Source: a virus
Lineage: Duplodnaviria > Caudoviricetes
Length of the DNA: 64,000 nt
IMG/VR virus record: IMGVR_UViG_3300035517_000383
Span: 64,001 to 128,000 of that record
Direction: 5' to 3' (one strand)
Part shown: positions 7,866 to 18,851 of the stretch, in pieces
How positions within the stretch are numbered: the first letter of the stretch is position 1
How the letters are laid out: each line of letters opens with the position of its first letter
Made by a program: the position numbers and the translations under genes
The notes under the pieces: generated by a model
Told to the model about the DNA's origin: nothing
The model's database searches: none
What the model saw: only the letters and a program-made list of their open reading frames with translations

Positions 7866-10492
7866 ATGAGAGAAATTGTTACTGATGGAGAATTAGAAGT
7901 ATCTGATGCACTTCCAAATTTTTACGTTCCTTATGCATCATATGTAATTCAAACAAGAGCATTACCTGATGCGAGGGATGGCTTAAAAACAGGGGCGCGC
8001 TTTATTTTGTATGCTCAATACAAAAATAAAAATACTTTTAAAAACAAGAGAAGAAAAGCCACAGCTACAAAATCGGCAGCAATGATGTTCAGCCCACATG
8101 GTAAATAATATTGCCTGTTATACCTTTTCTCAGTAATGAGGGTGTAAAAGCTAACGGGGAAAGCTAAGGGTTTCTATGCTAATCCCGTGGGAATTAATTT
8201 ACTTCTTTTAAAGAAATAAATTAAAACCTGTACAGACTATCCTTGGAACGAAGGAGTAAGAGAACTATTTTCTCTGAAATGGGTATTTCTATTTTATAGA
8301 TAAGATATAGTCGATACCTACAGAAATGTGGGAATAATATGGATGCGAGTATTTATGGAAACGCAGTAAGAATGAGTCAAGATTTTTCCTTACGCTACCC
8401 TTTAATTGATACTCACGGTAATAATGGTAGCTTAATGCATAATAACGACTTTGCGGCCGATAGGTATTTGGAAATGCGAAGTGGTGAGATTGCAGATGAA
8501 ATGACTAATTTACTGCAAAAAGAAACTATTGATAAATGGAAACTTAATTATACAGAGGAAGAAGAATATCCAACTTATTTTCCAACAACATTCCCAAATA
8601 GTTTAGTAAATGGAAATTTTGGAATCGGAGTAAGTTTAGCTTCTTCTATCCCCTCTCATAATTTGAGTGAAGTTTCAGATGCTTTAATAAGACTATTAAA
8701 TAATCCTGAAATTGATTTTGATGAAATTTATTGTCCAATTGATTTTCCGACTGGAGGAACTATAATTAATTCCGAGGAAGTTAAAGAAAGTCATAAAATG
8801 GGAACTGGTAAGGCCGCCATTATTAGAGCGGATATCATATATGATGAAAATACCAATGAGTTAACAGCGATAAATTTACCATATATGGTATTTTCTTCTA
8901 ATGCGACAGTATCAATACAAAATGCAATAGACGAAGGAAAAATTTATGGTATTGAAAGCGTATTTGATGGAACAGATATGGATGGAGTAAAAATAGTCAT
9001 AAAATTATCAAAGAATGCTAATGTAAATAAGGTTGTTAAACTACTATATAAACATACTTTACTACAAAGTAGCTATGGAATAAATATGAATATGTTGGCA
9101 GATGGAAAATATCCGAAATGTTTTACTTGGAAAGAGATGATGGAAACATATTTGGAACATCTTTGTAATATACTTAAAAAATCATATGAATTTGATTTGA
9201 AGAAACTGAAACAAAGACTTCATATTGTAGATGGATTAATTATTGCTATTCAGAATATTGAAGAAGTAATTAAAATTATTAAATCATCTTCTTCGCCCTC
9301 TCTCGCAAAAACAAGATTACAAGAAAATTTTAATTTATCTGAGGAGCAAGGTCAAGCAATACTAAATTTAAAACTTTCAAGACTTGCTAATTTGGAATTA
9401 CAAAAATTAATTGATGAAAAAAATGAATTAAATAAGAATATTGAAAATATTAATCTTATTCTTACAGACGAAAACAAATTTAAAGAAATTGTTACAAGCG
9501 AAATTTTAAGAATTAAAAATAAATATGGAGATAAAAGAAAGACTAAATGTATAAATCTTGATTTTACTTCTGAAGATGAAGATGCAGAACCAATTGAGAA
9601 AAAAGAACTCTTAATTTACTATACAAATCTTGGCAACATTTATACACAGGAATCTACAACTCTTGTAAAAACTCGCCGCGGTGGCAAGGGTACAAAGATT
9701 AAACTTGCAAAAAATGAAGCTGTAATTAAGACTTTAAATGATGATAATTTTAGTTCTTTACTTGTATTTTCAAATCTTGGTAAGATGTACCATCTTTCAA
9801 TTGATGAATTACCTATAAATGGCAAGATTAATATTGCACAGCTTTTTGAGTTTGAAACAGGTGAAAAGCCTACAACTATAACCTCTCTCGCTCGAAAGAA
9901 CGAAATTAATTATTTTGTTTTTGTCACAAAGAACGGAATGATTAAAAAGACAGCAGCTTCTGAATATACAATTAAGCGTGGTAAATCCTTAAAAGCAATT
10001 AACCTTAAAGACGATGACCAAGTAGTTAATGTACTTTTTATGAATAATGAAAAAGTTAGTATCTTGACTAATAATGGAAATTGTGTTATAATAGAGACAG
10101 AAGAAATTAATCCGATTGGAAGAGCAACGGCAGGTGTAAAAGCAATAAAATTATCTCCAGATGATTATGTAATTGATGCTCAGACAGTATCCAACTCGGA
10201 TAAATATCTCATTACTATATCTGAACATGGTCTTATTAAAAAAGCAAGTTTGGATGAATTTCCTACTTGCGGCAGAGCAACAAAAGGCAAGAAGATTTCT
10301 GATACTCGTGAAAATGACCAGATAATTAAACATTTGACTTTAGCACAAGATTGTGATATAATAATTATAGTAAATCAAAAGAACATAAAAATTTCCACTT
10401 CGGAACTTAGAGTTCTTTCAAGAACCGCAACGGGCGTTAAAGCAGTAGACATTGCTGATACAGATGTTGTAGTTGATTTAATTGTAAGTTAG
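7866..10492 (+). CDS. gyrA: DNA gyrase A subunit, spliced: join(7866..8102,8342..10492)
   Basis: RALPDARDGLK; splicing restores SPHG|DASIY; active-site AADRY; beta-pinwheel CTD with GyrA-box TRRGGKG. Confidence 0.92.
8103..8341 (+). ncRNA. Group I intron (239 nt, ORF-less) in gyrA
   Basis: Exon ends in U (catggt) and pairs with gcc in P1; intron ends in G; P7 gacta/tagtc; removal restores PHGD. Confidence 0.9.
10334..10362 (+). promoter_or_regulatory. Intragenic sigmaA-type promoter in gyrA 3' end
   Basis: ttgact-17-(tg a)tataat, matching the intergenic promoters. Confidence 0.55.
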
Positions 10493-10507
10493 GAATAAGT
10501 CATTTAT

Positions 10508-10536
10508 TTGACTTTTCCTTAGACTTATGATATAAT
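10508..10536 (+). promoter_or_regulatory. sigmaA-type promoter
   Basis: ttgact-17-tataat. Confidence 0.75.
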
Positions 10537-10550
10537 AAAGGAGGAAATTA

Positions 10551-10940
10551 ATGACATTAATTGATAAAATTAATATTATTAAAGAAAATAAAGAATCAGC
10601 AATTAAAGCGTTAAACGCTTATCTTGATTCTATTTATAATCTTACAGACCAATATTTTGATAATGAAAATAATCTCAAAGAGGGTTTAACCCATGACGAA
10701 AATCTTGAAAAATTTATAAAAGAAACTCGTCAAGATGCAGATAAGTTTGAAAAAGTTAGAAGAAAACTTATTGATAATGACTTTGATTTATCCGCTACTG
10801 AAATAGCAAGGGTAGGTTTGGCATATGTTTTTATTAGTACAAGTTGGGATAAGCAAATTACTAATCTCCAGAAAGCTAAGGAAGAAGTTACTAATATTAT
10901 TGAAAAGCTAATGAGTGGAGTTAAGGATTTAAAGACTTAA
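10551..10940 (+). CDS. Hypothetical helical protein
   Basis: 129-aa ORF with AGGAGG RBS. Confidence 0.75.
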   Translation: MTLIDKINIIKENKESAIKALNAYLDSIYNLTDQYFDNENNLKEGLTHDENLEKFIKETRQDADKFEKVRRKLIDNDFDLSATEIARVGLAYVFISTSWDKQITNLQKAKEEVTNIIEKLMSGVKDLKT

Positions 10941-10944
10941 ATAA

Positions 10945-11053
10945 TTGACTTTCAATGAGAATTATGATATAATATTTATATAATAAAGGTTAAGAAAATT
11001 AAATTAAATTAAAAAGTTTATAACTTGACTTTATTAATAAAATATGATATAAT
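10945..11053 (+). promoter_or_regulatory. Tandem sigmaA-type promoters
   Basis: ttgact-17-tataat at 10945-10973 and 11025-11053. Confidence 0.75.
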
Positions 11054-11158
11054 TAATATAGAAAATAAAACAAACGACATAAACGAAAAGTTTTGTAGTT
11101 GTGAGTTTTTATTTAATAAATAAATAATTTTAAAATTTTTAAAGGAGTGATTTTTATT

Positions 11159-11437
11159 ATGGCAACAAAGATGACAAAAAATAGTAGAGAAGTTTTTGAT
11201 TATTTGAAGGCAGCAGGTGCAGGTGTTAAGTTCACAACTAAGGATGTTCAGTCAGCTCTCGGTTTTGAAAAGGCAGGTTCAGTAACAGGTTCGGTAACAG
11301 GTCTTGTAAAGAAGGGTTATGCAGAAAGATTTACTGAGACAGTTGAAACTGAGGATGGCAAGGTAAAGGAAATTAAGTATTTTGCTCTTACAGAAGCAGG
11401 TGCTAATTTCGACCCCGATGCCGCAACAGAGGACTAA
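11159..11437 (+). CDS. Small winged-helix-like DNA-binding protein, probably highly expressed
   Basis: wHTH-like pattern (VFDYLK..FTTKDVQSALG..SVTGLVKKGY..YFALTEAG); double promoter, own terminator. Confidence 0.7.
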   Translation: MATKMTKNSREVFDYLKAAGAGVKFTTKDVQSALGFEKAGSVTGSVTGLVKKGYAERFTETVETEDGKVKEIKYFALTEAGANFDPDAATED

Positions 11438-11451
11438 TTTTAAGTTCATAA

Positions 11452-11481
11452 TTGAGAGGGTTAAGTACCCTCTCAACTTTT
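11452..11481 (+). terminator. Rho-independent terminator
   Basis: ttgagaggg-ttaagta-ccctctcaa + T tail. Confidence 0.75.
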
Positions 11482-11534
11482 AAGAAAAAGTATTGTTATT
11501 TTGCGATTAAATTATTTTGGAGGAAAAGAAATAT

Positions 11535-12419
11535 ATGTTAGATATTAATAAGATTGAAAGTAAAAATGAAGTTTATGTTAGTGGTATTCTTAATGAACTT
11601 GAAATTGTAGAAGGAATAACAAATGATGGTCGCGGCTGGGTACGTGGTAATGCACAAATTCGTGTTGACCAAGAAATTGATGGAGTAGTAACAGAGAATA
11701 TTATTCCAGTTAGAATGTTCTCTATGAGAAAGAAGAAAGACGGCACAGATAATAAGGTTTATGACCGTATTGTAGGGTACAAAGAAAAGTTTACCTCTCT
11801 CGCGGCTGCAGATGATGAAAGTGAGGCATCGAAGATTACTATCTCTAATGGTAGAATAGAAGAAAACCCCTATGTAAACAGAGAAGGAAATGTTGTTTCT
11901 TCATGGCAGATTTCAGCTAATTTCCTTAATGATTACAGAAATAATGACGAAGAGTCTGCTAAGTTTGAGGTAGTAGGTGTTATTGCTAATATTCGACAGG
12001 AAGTAAATAGAGATGGTGATGAAACAGGAAGAGATATTATTAGTCTTGTTCTTGTAGGATACGCCGGCAAGGCAAATGTAATTGACCTTATTGCTTCTGG
12101 TTCAGCTAAGGACTTTATTGAAACAAACTGGAACAAGGGCGATACAGTCCATGTTACAGGTCGAATTAGTATGACACGAAAGGTAGTTACTTGGAAGGAA
12201 GAGCAGGGATTTGGAGAACCAATTCTACGTTCTAGAACAGAAAGTCGAAAGGAACTTATAATTACTGGTGGCTCCCCTAGTGGACTTGAAGAGGCTCTTT
12301 CTTATGATGCAAATGATGTAAAGATTATTCTTAACAAGAGAAAGGCAGACCATGAAGCTCTTAAGAATGAGAGAACGGCGAAGGTTTCTCCCAAGAAAAC
12401 TATAGACCTCGGTTTTTAA
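11535..12419 (+). CDS. Single-stranded DNA-binding protein (tandem OB-fold type, putative)
   Basis: Two OB-like halves (NEVYVSGIL..., FEVVGVI...KGDTVHVTG), C-terminal IDLGF, next to AAA recombinase. Confidence 0.6.
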   Translation: MLDINKIESKNEVYVSGILNELEIVEGITNDGRGWVRGNAQIRVDQEIDGVVTENIIPVRMFSMRKKKDGTDNKVYDRIVGYKEKFTSLAAADDESEASKITISNGRIEENPYVNREGNVVSSWQISANFLNDYRNNDEESAKFEVVGVIANIRQEVNRDGDETGRDIISLVLVGYAGKANVIDLIASGSAKDFIETNWNKGDTVHVTGRISMTRKVVTWKEEQGFGEPILRSRTESRKELIITGGSPSGLEEALSYDANDVKIILNKRKADHEALKNERTAKVSPKKTIDLGF

Positions 12420-12460
12420 TCCGAAGTCTTATAGTTTTAAATAAAAAGGAGGAGAAATAA

Positions 12461-13701
12461 ATGGCTATTGATTTACTTAACCTAGAACCGCAGAAGATAA
12501 GCAAAGATTTAAAAGGAAAATTTACATTGATTTATGGACAAGCTGGGTGAAACACGCCCCTTATTTAAGTAATTAAATAATGAAAATAGAGTAAAAAGCT
12601 GGAAACCTAAACTTTTTTTGAGCATGGTAATCAGAGCGGAAGTTATTTTTAAAAGAGATAACACGCGCAACGCATAGGTAAAATAACTTTTAAAATTTAT
12701 TTTTAAGAGAATAAAAACCCAAGAGACTCTACAACCAAACAATGGTTGAAAAGATATGCTGAACTTATAGGAAACTATAAGAAATAAAAGATAAAAAACT
12801 TTTATGATAACACAATGGTGGAAAGACCACACTTGCTTCTCAGTTTGACAAATGCTTGATAGCTGGTTTCGAGCAAGGAAGCAATGCCCTAAATAATGTT
12901 TATGTTCAACCAATTAAAACTTGGCAAGATTGGAAGTCTGCAGTTTCTCAGTTGATAAAGAAACCAGAACTACAATCTAAGTTTAGTACAATTGCAATTG
13001 ATACAGCCGATGAAGCGTTTAAACTTTGTGAAAAATGGACTTGCTCACAATATGGAGCAGAAACGATTAAGGATATTGCGGCATATGGTGGCGGATACAA
13101 AATCCTAGATGATAATTTTATGACACCTTTTAGAGATTTAGCTTACGCTGGGTATGGTCTTATTTTTGTTTCTCATGAAGCTGAAAAGACTTATGTAAAT
13201 GACAATGGTGAGGAGTATACAAAGATTGTTCCTGCTCTTCCAAACCGTCCTTTTGGTCTTATTAATAAAATGGTAGATTTAATAGGTTATATACGAGAAA
13301 TTCCAATAAAGAAAGAAGATACTATAGAACATAAGAGATATATGTTCTTTAGAGGAGATGAAAGATTTTTAACTAAATCTCGTTTTAAGTATATCACTCC
13401 TAAAATAGAATTATCATATAGTGCTTTTGTTGACGCAATTTATGATGCAATAGATAAGGAAGTTGCTCATAGTGGCGGCGAAGCAACAGAAGAAAAGAAT
13501 CCTTATTTGGAACGTTCATTTGATGAACTTATGGGTGAAGCAAAGGAGCTTTGGAATAAGGTAATTGCAAATGATGTAATTGAAGATGCTAAAAAGATTC
13601 TAGAAACAGAATTTGGAAAGCCTATTAAATTTAGTGAAATTGTACCAGAACAAGCGGATAAATTAAGTAAAGTCCTTATCTTAATTAAAGAATTGTTCTA
13701 A
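12461..13701 (+). CDS. AAA ATPase, Sak4/AAA_24-like recombinase; spliced: join(12461..12548,12818..13701)
   Basis: Splicing rebuilds Walker A YGQAG-C-GKTT; Walker B TIAIDT; LIFVSH; DLIGY. Confidence 0.85.
12549..12817 (+). ncRNA. Group I intron (269 nt, ORF-less) in Walker A of AAA ATPase
   Basis: P1 gggU/gccc, P7 gcata/tatgc, terminal G; splicing restores frame and GxxGxGKT. Confidence 0.9.
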
Positions 13702-13706
13702 TTTTT

Positions 13707-13735
13707 AAGGTAGGAGATATTCTCCTACCTTTTTT
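13707..13735 (+). terminator. Rho-independent terminator
   Basis: aaggtaggag-atat-tctcctacctt + T run. Confidence 0.75.
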
Positions 13736-13754
13736 ATTTATTGGGAGGAATTAA

Positions 13755-15250
13755 ATGACTTATATTATTGATACGTGTGTACTTTTAGATTATCCTCAAA
13801 TTGTAGAAGATAAGAATAATCAATTAATTATTGCCACCAGTGTATTAAAGGAACTTGATGGATTAAAAAAACATAACAACCCAGAAACTGCTGCGGCCGC
13901 ACGACGTGCCGCTGTTTATATTTCTAGGAATTTAGACAATTTAGACTGGTATTCAGATTGTGAGAATTGGAATATTCCAGTTGATGACCAACTACTTAGA
14001 ATTACTAAAGAACTTTCAGGAATTTTATTAACTAACGATGTCTATTTAAAAGTTAAAGCTCTAATTGATGGAATTAATACTAAGGGATATGGTAATAAAG
14101 ATGATTATATTGGTGTAGAGTATTGGTATTTAAATTTTGATAGTAATTATTATAATGCTCGTTTAGCTCATGTTTTTGAGACTGGTAAAAAGCCTGAAGA
14201 AATTAAACTCTATGAAAATCAATATTTAATTGTAAAAAATCTTGACTCAATCGTAATGACAAGACATCAAGAAGAAGATTATGAGATTATGGCCTGCTTT
14301 GTTTATCGTAATGGCAGACTTATGCAAATTGATAATCTTAAAATTAAAAATAAGTGGATTAATTGTATTGTTCCAAAAAATGCTGAACAAATGTGTTTGT
14401 TTGAAGCTCTTAATAACAAAGATATTAATATACTCTATGCAGGAGGCAAATTTGGAACGGGTTATTGATTAGCTCCCTTATATAGTGATATATATTGAAT
14501 AACGTGGTTAATTACTGGAAAACCTAAGTCTTTTAGATATGGCAATCAGCAGCCAAGTCACTTAGTTAGTGAAAAGGTTCAACGACTATCTCGGAAGAGA
14601 GTAGAATTTTATTAATTCTAAATTACCACGCTTCTATTATTAGAAGAAGATATAGTCTACTCCGACCATTAAATTGGTGTTAAAGTATCTCGAAAGAGAC
14701 GGTATATAGGAAGTCCTTTATTTTAAATAATTTTGCATTGCAAGAGTTGGAAAAAGAAAGAATAAAGAAAATTGTTTATATTCCTAATAATTCTTATGTT
14801 GAAAATTCTATGGAACTAGGATTCCTTCCGGGTTCTGATTTTGAGAAGTTAACCCCCTCTATTGGTCCGTTAATTGACCTTATCGGAATTGATGCGGTTC
14901 AAGATATGATTTCTAGAGAACAGCTCGAAATTGTTCCTACTGGATTTATCAGAGGACGTAGTTTTGAAGATTCTATAGTAATTGTAAATGAAGCTCAAAA
15001 CCTTACAGAAGACCATATAAAACTTTTAATTGCACGTTGCGGCGAAGGCACAAGAATTCTATTTGACGGAGATTATAAACAAGCTGATTCTTTTATTTTT
15101 AGAAATAGAAATGGATTAAAGTTACTTCTAAATTTAAGAAAATCTCCTTTTTATGCAAAAATGTTTTCTACTGTTAAATTGGTTATTACAGAAAGAAGTT
15201 CTACCGCTCAGGCGGCTGAATACCTTGACCAATTAGCATCGGAAATATAA
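13755..15250 (+). CDS. phoH: PIN-PhoH family ATPase; spliced: join(13755..14462,14711..15250)
   Basis: PIN IIDTCVLL..ELDGLK..TND; Walker A GKFGTG|KS restored; GFLPG, FIRGRSF, NEAQN, GDYKQAD. Confidence 0.9.
14463..14710 (+). ncRNA. Group I intron (248 nt, ORF-less) in Walker A of phoH
   Basis: Exon ends gggU; aatcagcag; P7 gacta/tagtc; terminal G before aag (Lys). Confidence 0.9.
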
Positions 15251-15297
15251 AAATATAGTGGTACAATCTTATTTATTGTACCACTTAAAATAATATA

Positions 15298-15326
15298 TTG
15301 ACTTTTTTATAAAAATATGGTATAAT
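15298..15326 (+). promoter_or_regulatory. sigmaA-type promoter
   Basis: ttgact-17-tataat; preceded by hairpin agtggtacaat/attgtaccact. Confidence 0.75.
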
Positions 15327-15365
15327 ATATATAGAAAATAAAGAAGAAGGGTGAATAAAAATTAG

Positions 15366-16091
15366 ATGAAATTATCAGAAGAAACAATTTTAAAAATTCC
15401 AATTCTTTATAAAAAATTGGGAACAAAAAAACAAGTGGCGGAACAATTAAATATATCACCCACGACAGTTTCAAAATATTTAAATCTTTTTGAGGCGGCC
15501 GCACCGCAAGAAAAAACAAAGAAAGAAAAAAAGAAAAGAATTAAAATAACAGATGAAATTATTGAAAAAATAAATCAAGTTTATAGTGAACAAAAGAATT
15601 TAACAAAGACAGCAGAAATTATAGGTTGTTCTATTCAAACAATTAAAAAATATTTGACAGAAGAAAATCTTAATATTAGTGAATCCCAAAAAGATGACAG
15701 AGATGCATTGTTCTTCTATATTTATAATCTATTTGGACAATATTCAGATGACAAACCTGTTAGTGACTGGAATCTTGTTCAGATGCAAAATTTTAAAAAG
15801 CAGGGAATGTCTTACAAGGGACAATTACTTACTTTAAAATATTTTTATGAAGTAAAGAAAAATTCAATTGAAAAATCAAATGGTTCGATTGGAATAATTA
15901 AATATGTATGGGATGAAGCGGAAAGATATTATACTCAGCAAGCAGAAAAAGCAGAAGAATTTAATAAAGCAATTCAGCGGCAACTTGAACAAGACAGACT
16001 TTCAATTAAATATAATCCAGAAGATTATGTCAATAAAAGAAGAAGAAAGAAAACTATTGACCTAAATTCATTAGGAGGTGAAAGTGGTTGA
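15366..16091 (+). CDS. HTH-containing DNA-binding protein upstream of helicase (possible initiator/loader)
   Basis: Two HTH-like segments (KQVAEQLNISPTTVSKYL; TKTAEIIGCSIQTIKKYL); overlaps helicase start. Confidence 0.65.
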   Translation: MKLSEETILKIPILYKKLGTKKQVAEQLNISPTTVSKYLNLFEAAAPQEKTKKEKKKRIKITDEIIEKINQVYSEQKNLTKTAEIIGCSIQTIKKYLTEENLNISESQKDDRDALFFYIYNLFGQYSDDKPVSDWNLVQMQNFKKQGMSYKGQLLTLKYFYEVKKNSIEKSNGSIGIIKYVWDEAERYYTQQAEKAEEFNKAIQRQLEQDRLSIKYNPEDYVNKRRRKKTIDLNSLGGESG

Positions 16092-17776
16092 TTCAAATTG
16101 ATAGACGTACCATAATCCAAATTTTTGGCAGTTTGATGAGCCGTCCCAATCTTTTAAGTGATGTTGATAAATACCACCTAGAACCTAATGACTTTCATAA
16201 TCAGTTTGATAAATATGTTTTTTCTGCAATTTATAATCTCTATGTAAACGGAGCAGAAATTATTCATACTGTTGATATAGATAATTTTCTTCAATCTAAT
16301 ACATTAGCTAAAGATTTATTTGAAAAAGAAAACGGAGTAGCTTTTCTTCAAGATTGTGAAACATATTGCGAACCTAATAACTTTTCTTATTATTACAATA
16401 AACTAAAAAAGATTAATCTATTAAGAGAGTTACAGAGAACAGGAAAAGATATTAGTAAATTCTATTCAGAGGATTCTTTAGATGAAAATCATGATAGTAT
16501 AAATATGAATTTTGAAAAATTAAGTACTTCTGATATTGTTAATGCTTTAAAAGGGGAAATTGCTGGACTAGAAAGAAAGTACGTTCTTAATTCTGTTGTT
16601 GAAGAAAGTAATGCCTATGATGGTATAAGAGACTTGATTCAAGACCTAAAAACAGTTCCAGAAATTGGTTGTCCACTTCAAGGTGAAATATTTGATACAA
16701 TTGCTCGTGGCGGCCGCAAGGGAAAAATGTATTTACGTTCAGCGGCAACATCAGTGGGTAAATCAAGAAGTATGGTTGGTGATGCTTGTAATATTGCTTA
16801 TCCAATTAGATATGAACCGACTTATGGTAAGTGGATTGCTACAGGACATCATGAAAAAGTTCTTTATATAATGACAGAACAAGACCCCGCGGAAATTCAA
16901 ACGATGATTTTGGCGTATCTTACTGGATATAATGAGGAAATGTTTCTATATGGAACATATCAAGAAGAGCATATGGATAGAATTATGAAAGCTATTGATA
17001 TTATGGAAAAATATAAAGATAATATGTTATTTGCTAGAGTTCCAGACCCATGTGCCTCAGTAATTAAAAACTTGTTTAGACGTTATGCTTTACAATATGG
17101 AGTAGAAAATTTTTTCTATGATTATATTTTTTCTTCTCCTGCAATGCTAGATGAATATAGAGATTTAAAACTTCCAGAACACGTTTGTTTAAGATTGTTT
17201 ACAACAGCCTTAAAAAATCTTGCGGTTGAACTTGATGTTTTTATCATGACTTCCACTCAGATTAGCGGAGACGAAGAAGAAGGTTTTAGAGATTATAAAA
17301 AAATTAGAGCTTCTAAATCAATAGCAGACCTTGTAGACTTGGGTTGTATTATGTCAAGACCATCTATAGATGAATTAAAGATGGTTGCTAATTTTCAAAA
17401 GAATTTTGGATTCAGTCCAAATTGCGTTACTGATATTTACAAAAACAGACGTGGCCGCTGGAATATGGTTAGAATTTGGTCTAGAAAAGATTTAGGAACG
17501 TGTAGAACTTATGACTTATTTGTAACAACAGCAGATAATAAAATTATAGAAGATTTTCAAATTATTGATTTTGAGTGTCTTAAGACTAAAGAAATGGATG
17601 AATTAGAAGATTTTTATAATAATGGAGTTGTTTCTGATGAAGTAGTAGAGGATTTATTAATGAATATTTCTAGAGAAGAGCCAGAAAGTCTTTTGGAATC
17701 AGTTACTAATGCTTTTGGAGATTTTGAAAAGAAAAAAGAAAAAATAAAAGAAACAGATTTGAGTGATTTATTATGA
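16088..17776 (+). CDS. dnaB: Replicative DnaB-like helicase
   Basis: Walker A-like AATSVGKS, YIMTEQ, FYDYI, TSTQ, KNRRG. Confidence 0.85.
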   Translation: MIQIDRRTIIQIFGSLMSRPNLLSDVDKYHLEPNDFHNQFDKYVFSAIYNLYVNGAEIIHTVDIDNFLQSNTLAKDLFEKENGVAFLQDCETYCEPNNFSYYYNKLKKINLLRELQRTGKDISKFYSEDSLDENHDSINMNFEKLSTSDIVNALKGEIAGLERKYVLNSVVEESNAYDGIRDLIQDLKTVPEIGCPLQGEIFDTIARGGRKGKMYLRSAATSVGKSRSMVGDACNIAYPIRYEPTYGKWIATGHHEKVLYIMTEQDPAEIQTMILAYLTGYNEEMFLYGTYQEEHMDRIMKAIDIMEKYKDNMLFARVPDPCASVIKNLFRRYALQYGVENFFYDYIFSSPAMLDEYRDLKLPEHVCLRLFTTALKNLAVELDVFIMTSTQISGDEEEGFRDYKKIRASKSIADLVDLGCIMSRPSIDELKMVANFQKNFGFSPNCVTDIYKNRRGRWNMVRIWSRKDLGTCRTYDLFVTTADNKIIEDFQIIDFECLKTKEMDELEDFYNNGVVSDEVVEDLLMNISREEPESLLESVTNAFGDFEKKKEKIKETDLSDLL

Positions 17777-18831
17777 TTGATTTAAAAGAATTGGAACAAA
17801 GTTTAACAGACGAACGTATAATTGAATTAGTTACTGAATTAGGTTCTGATGATTATAAAGATACACCAAACGCTATAATATTTAAAACAATATGTCATAA
17901 CATAGATTCTACAGAAGCAAGTTTAAAACTTTATTATTATAAAAATACTAAAAGATTTAAATGTTATACAGATTGCGGTGATACATTTAATATATATGAG
18001 CTGTTTAGGCGGCGATATGAGTTATTAGGAATAGAATATGATTTTTATAAAGATATAATTCTTAAAATCTCAGAAAACAATCTGGTGTTTCAAGAAAAAG
18101 GTTTTTACAACAAATATGAAAGTGTTTATGAGAAATATAAGAAAAATAGCCCTAAAGTAAATATATCTATTCTACATCCTTCTTTATTAAATACTTTTAC
18201 TTTCTATCCAACACAAGAATGGTTAAATGATGGAATTAGTATTCAATCTATGAGAGAATATAACATAAAATATTCAGTATCTGAAAACAAAGTTGTTATT
18301 CCTCATTACGATAAAGACGGATATTTAATTGGAATCCGTGGACGTGCCCTTAATGAAGAAGATATTGAGCTTGGTAAGTATATGCCAATTCAAATCGAGG
18401 GAAAATTTTATTCTCATCCTCTTGGATATAATCTTTATGGATTAAATTTTGTTAAAGGTAATATTAAGAAAAATAAAATTGCAATAGTATATGAATCGGA
18501 AAAAGCTGTTCTTCAATATAATACAATGTTTGGACATCAAAATAATATTGCTGTTGCGGCTTGTGGTAGCAGTTTTCATGATTATTAGATGAAATTGCTT
18601 GTGGCCGCTGGTGCAGAAAAAGTAATAATTGCTTTTGATAAAGAAGGGGAGGATTGGAAATCGAAAGATAGATATTATAATAAATTAAAAAAAATATGTG
18701 AACGCTACAAAAATATTTGTAATATGGGTTTTATATTTGATTTTCAAAATCTACTGGCTTTAAAAGATAGTCCAACAGACAAAGGTAAAGATATTTTTTT
18801 AAAATTATATAAAAAGACAATATGGATATAA
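17773..18831 (+). CDS. dnaG: DNA primase (Zn finger + TOPRIM) with one in-frame TAG (Gln) at 18586-18588
   Basis: CHN..CYTDC zinc domain, VIPHYD..IGIRGR, LYG, YESEK, then DY(Q)MKLL..IIAFDKE..KDSPTD in one frame. Confidence 0.85.
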
Positions 18832-18851
18832 TAGGAGGAATTTTCTTAAAA

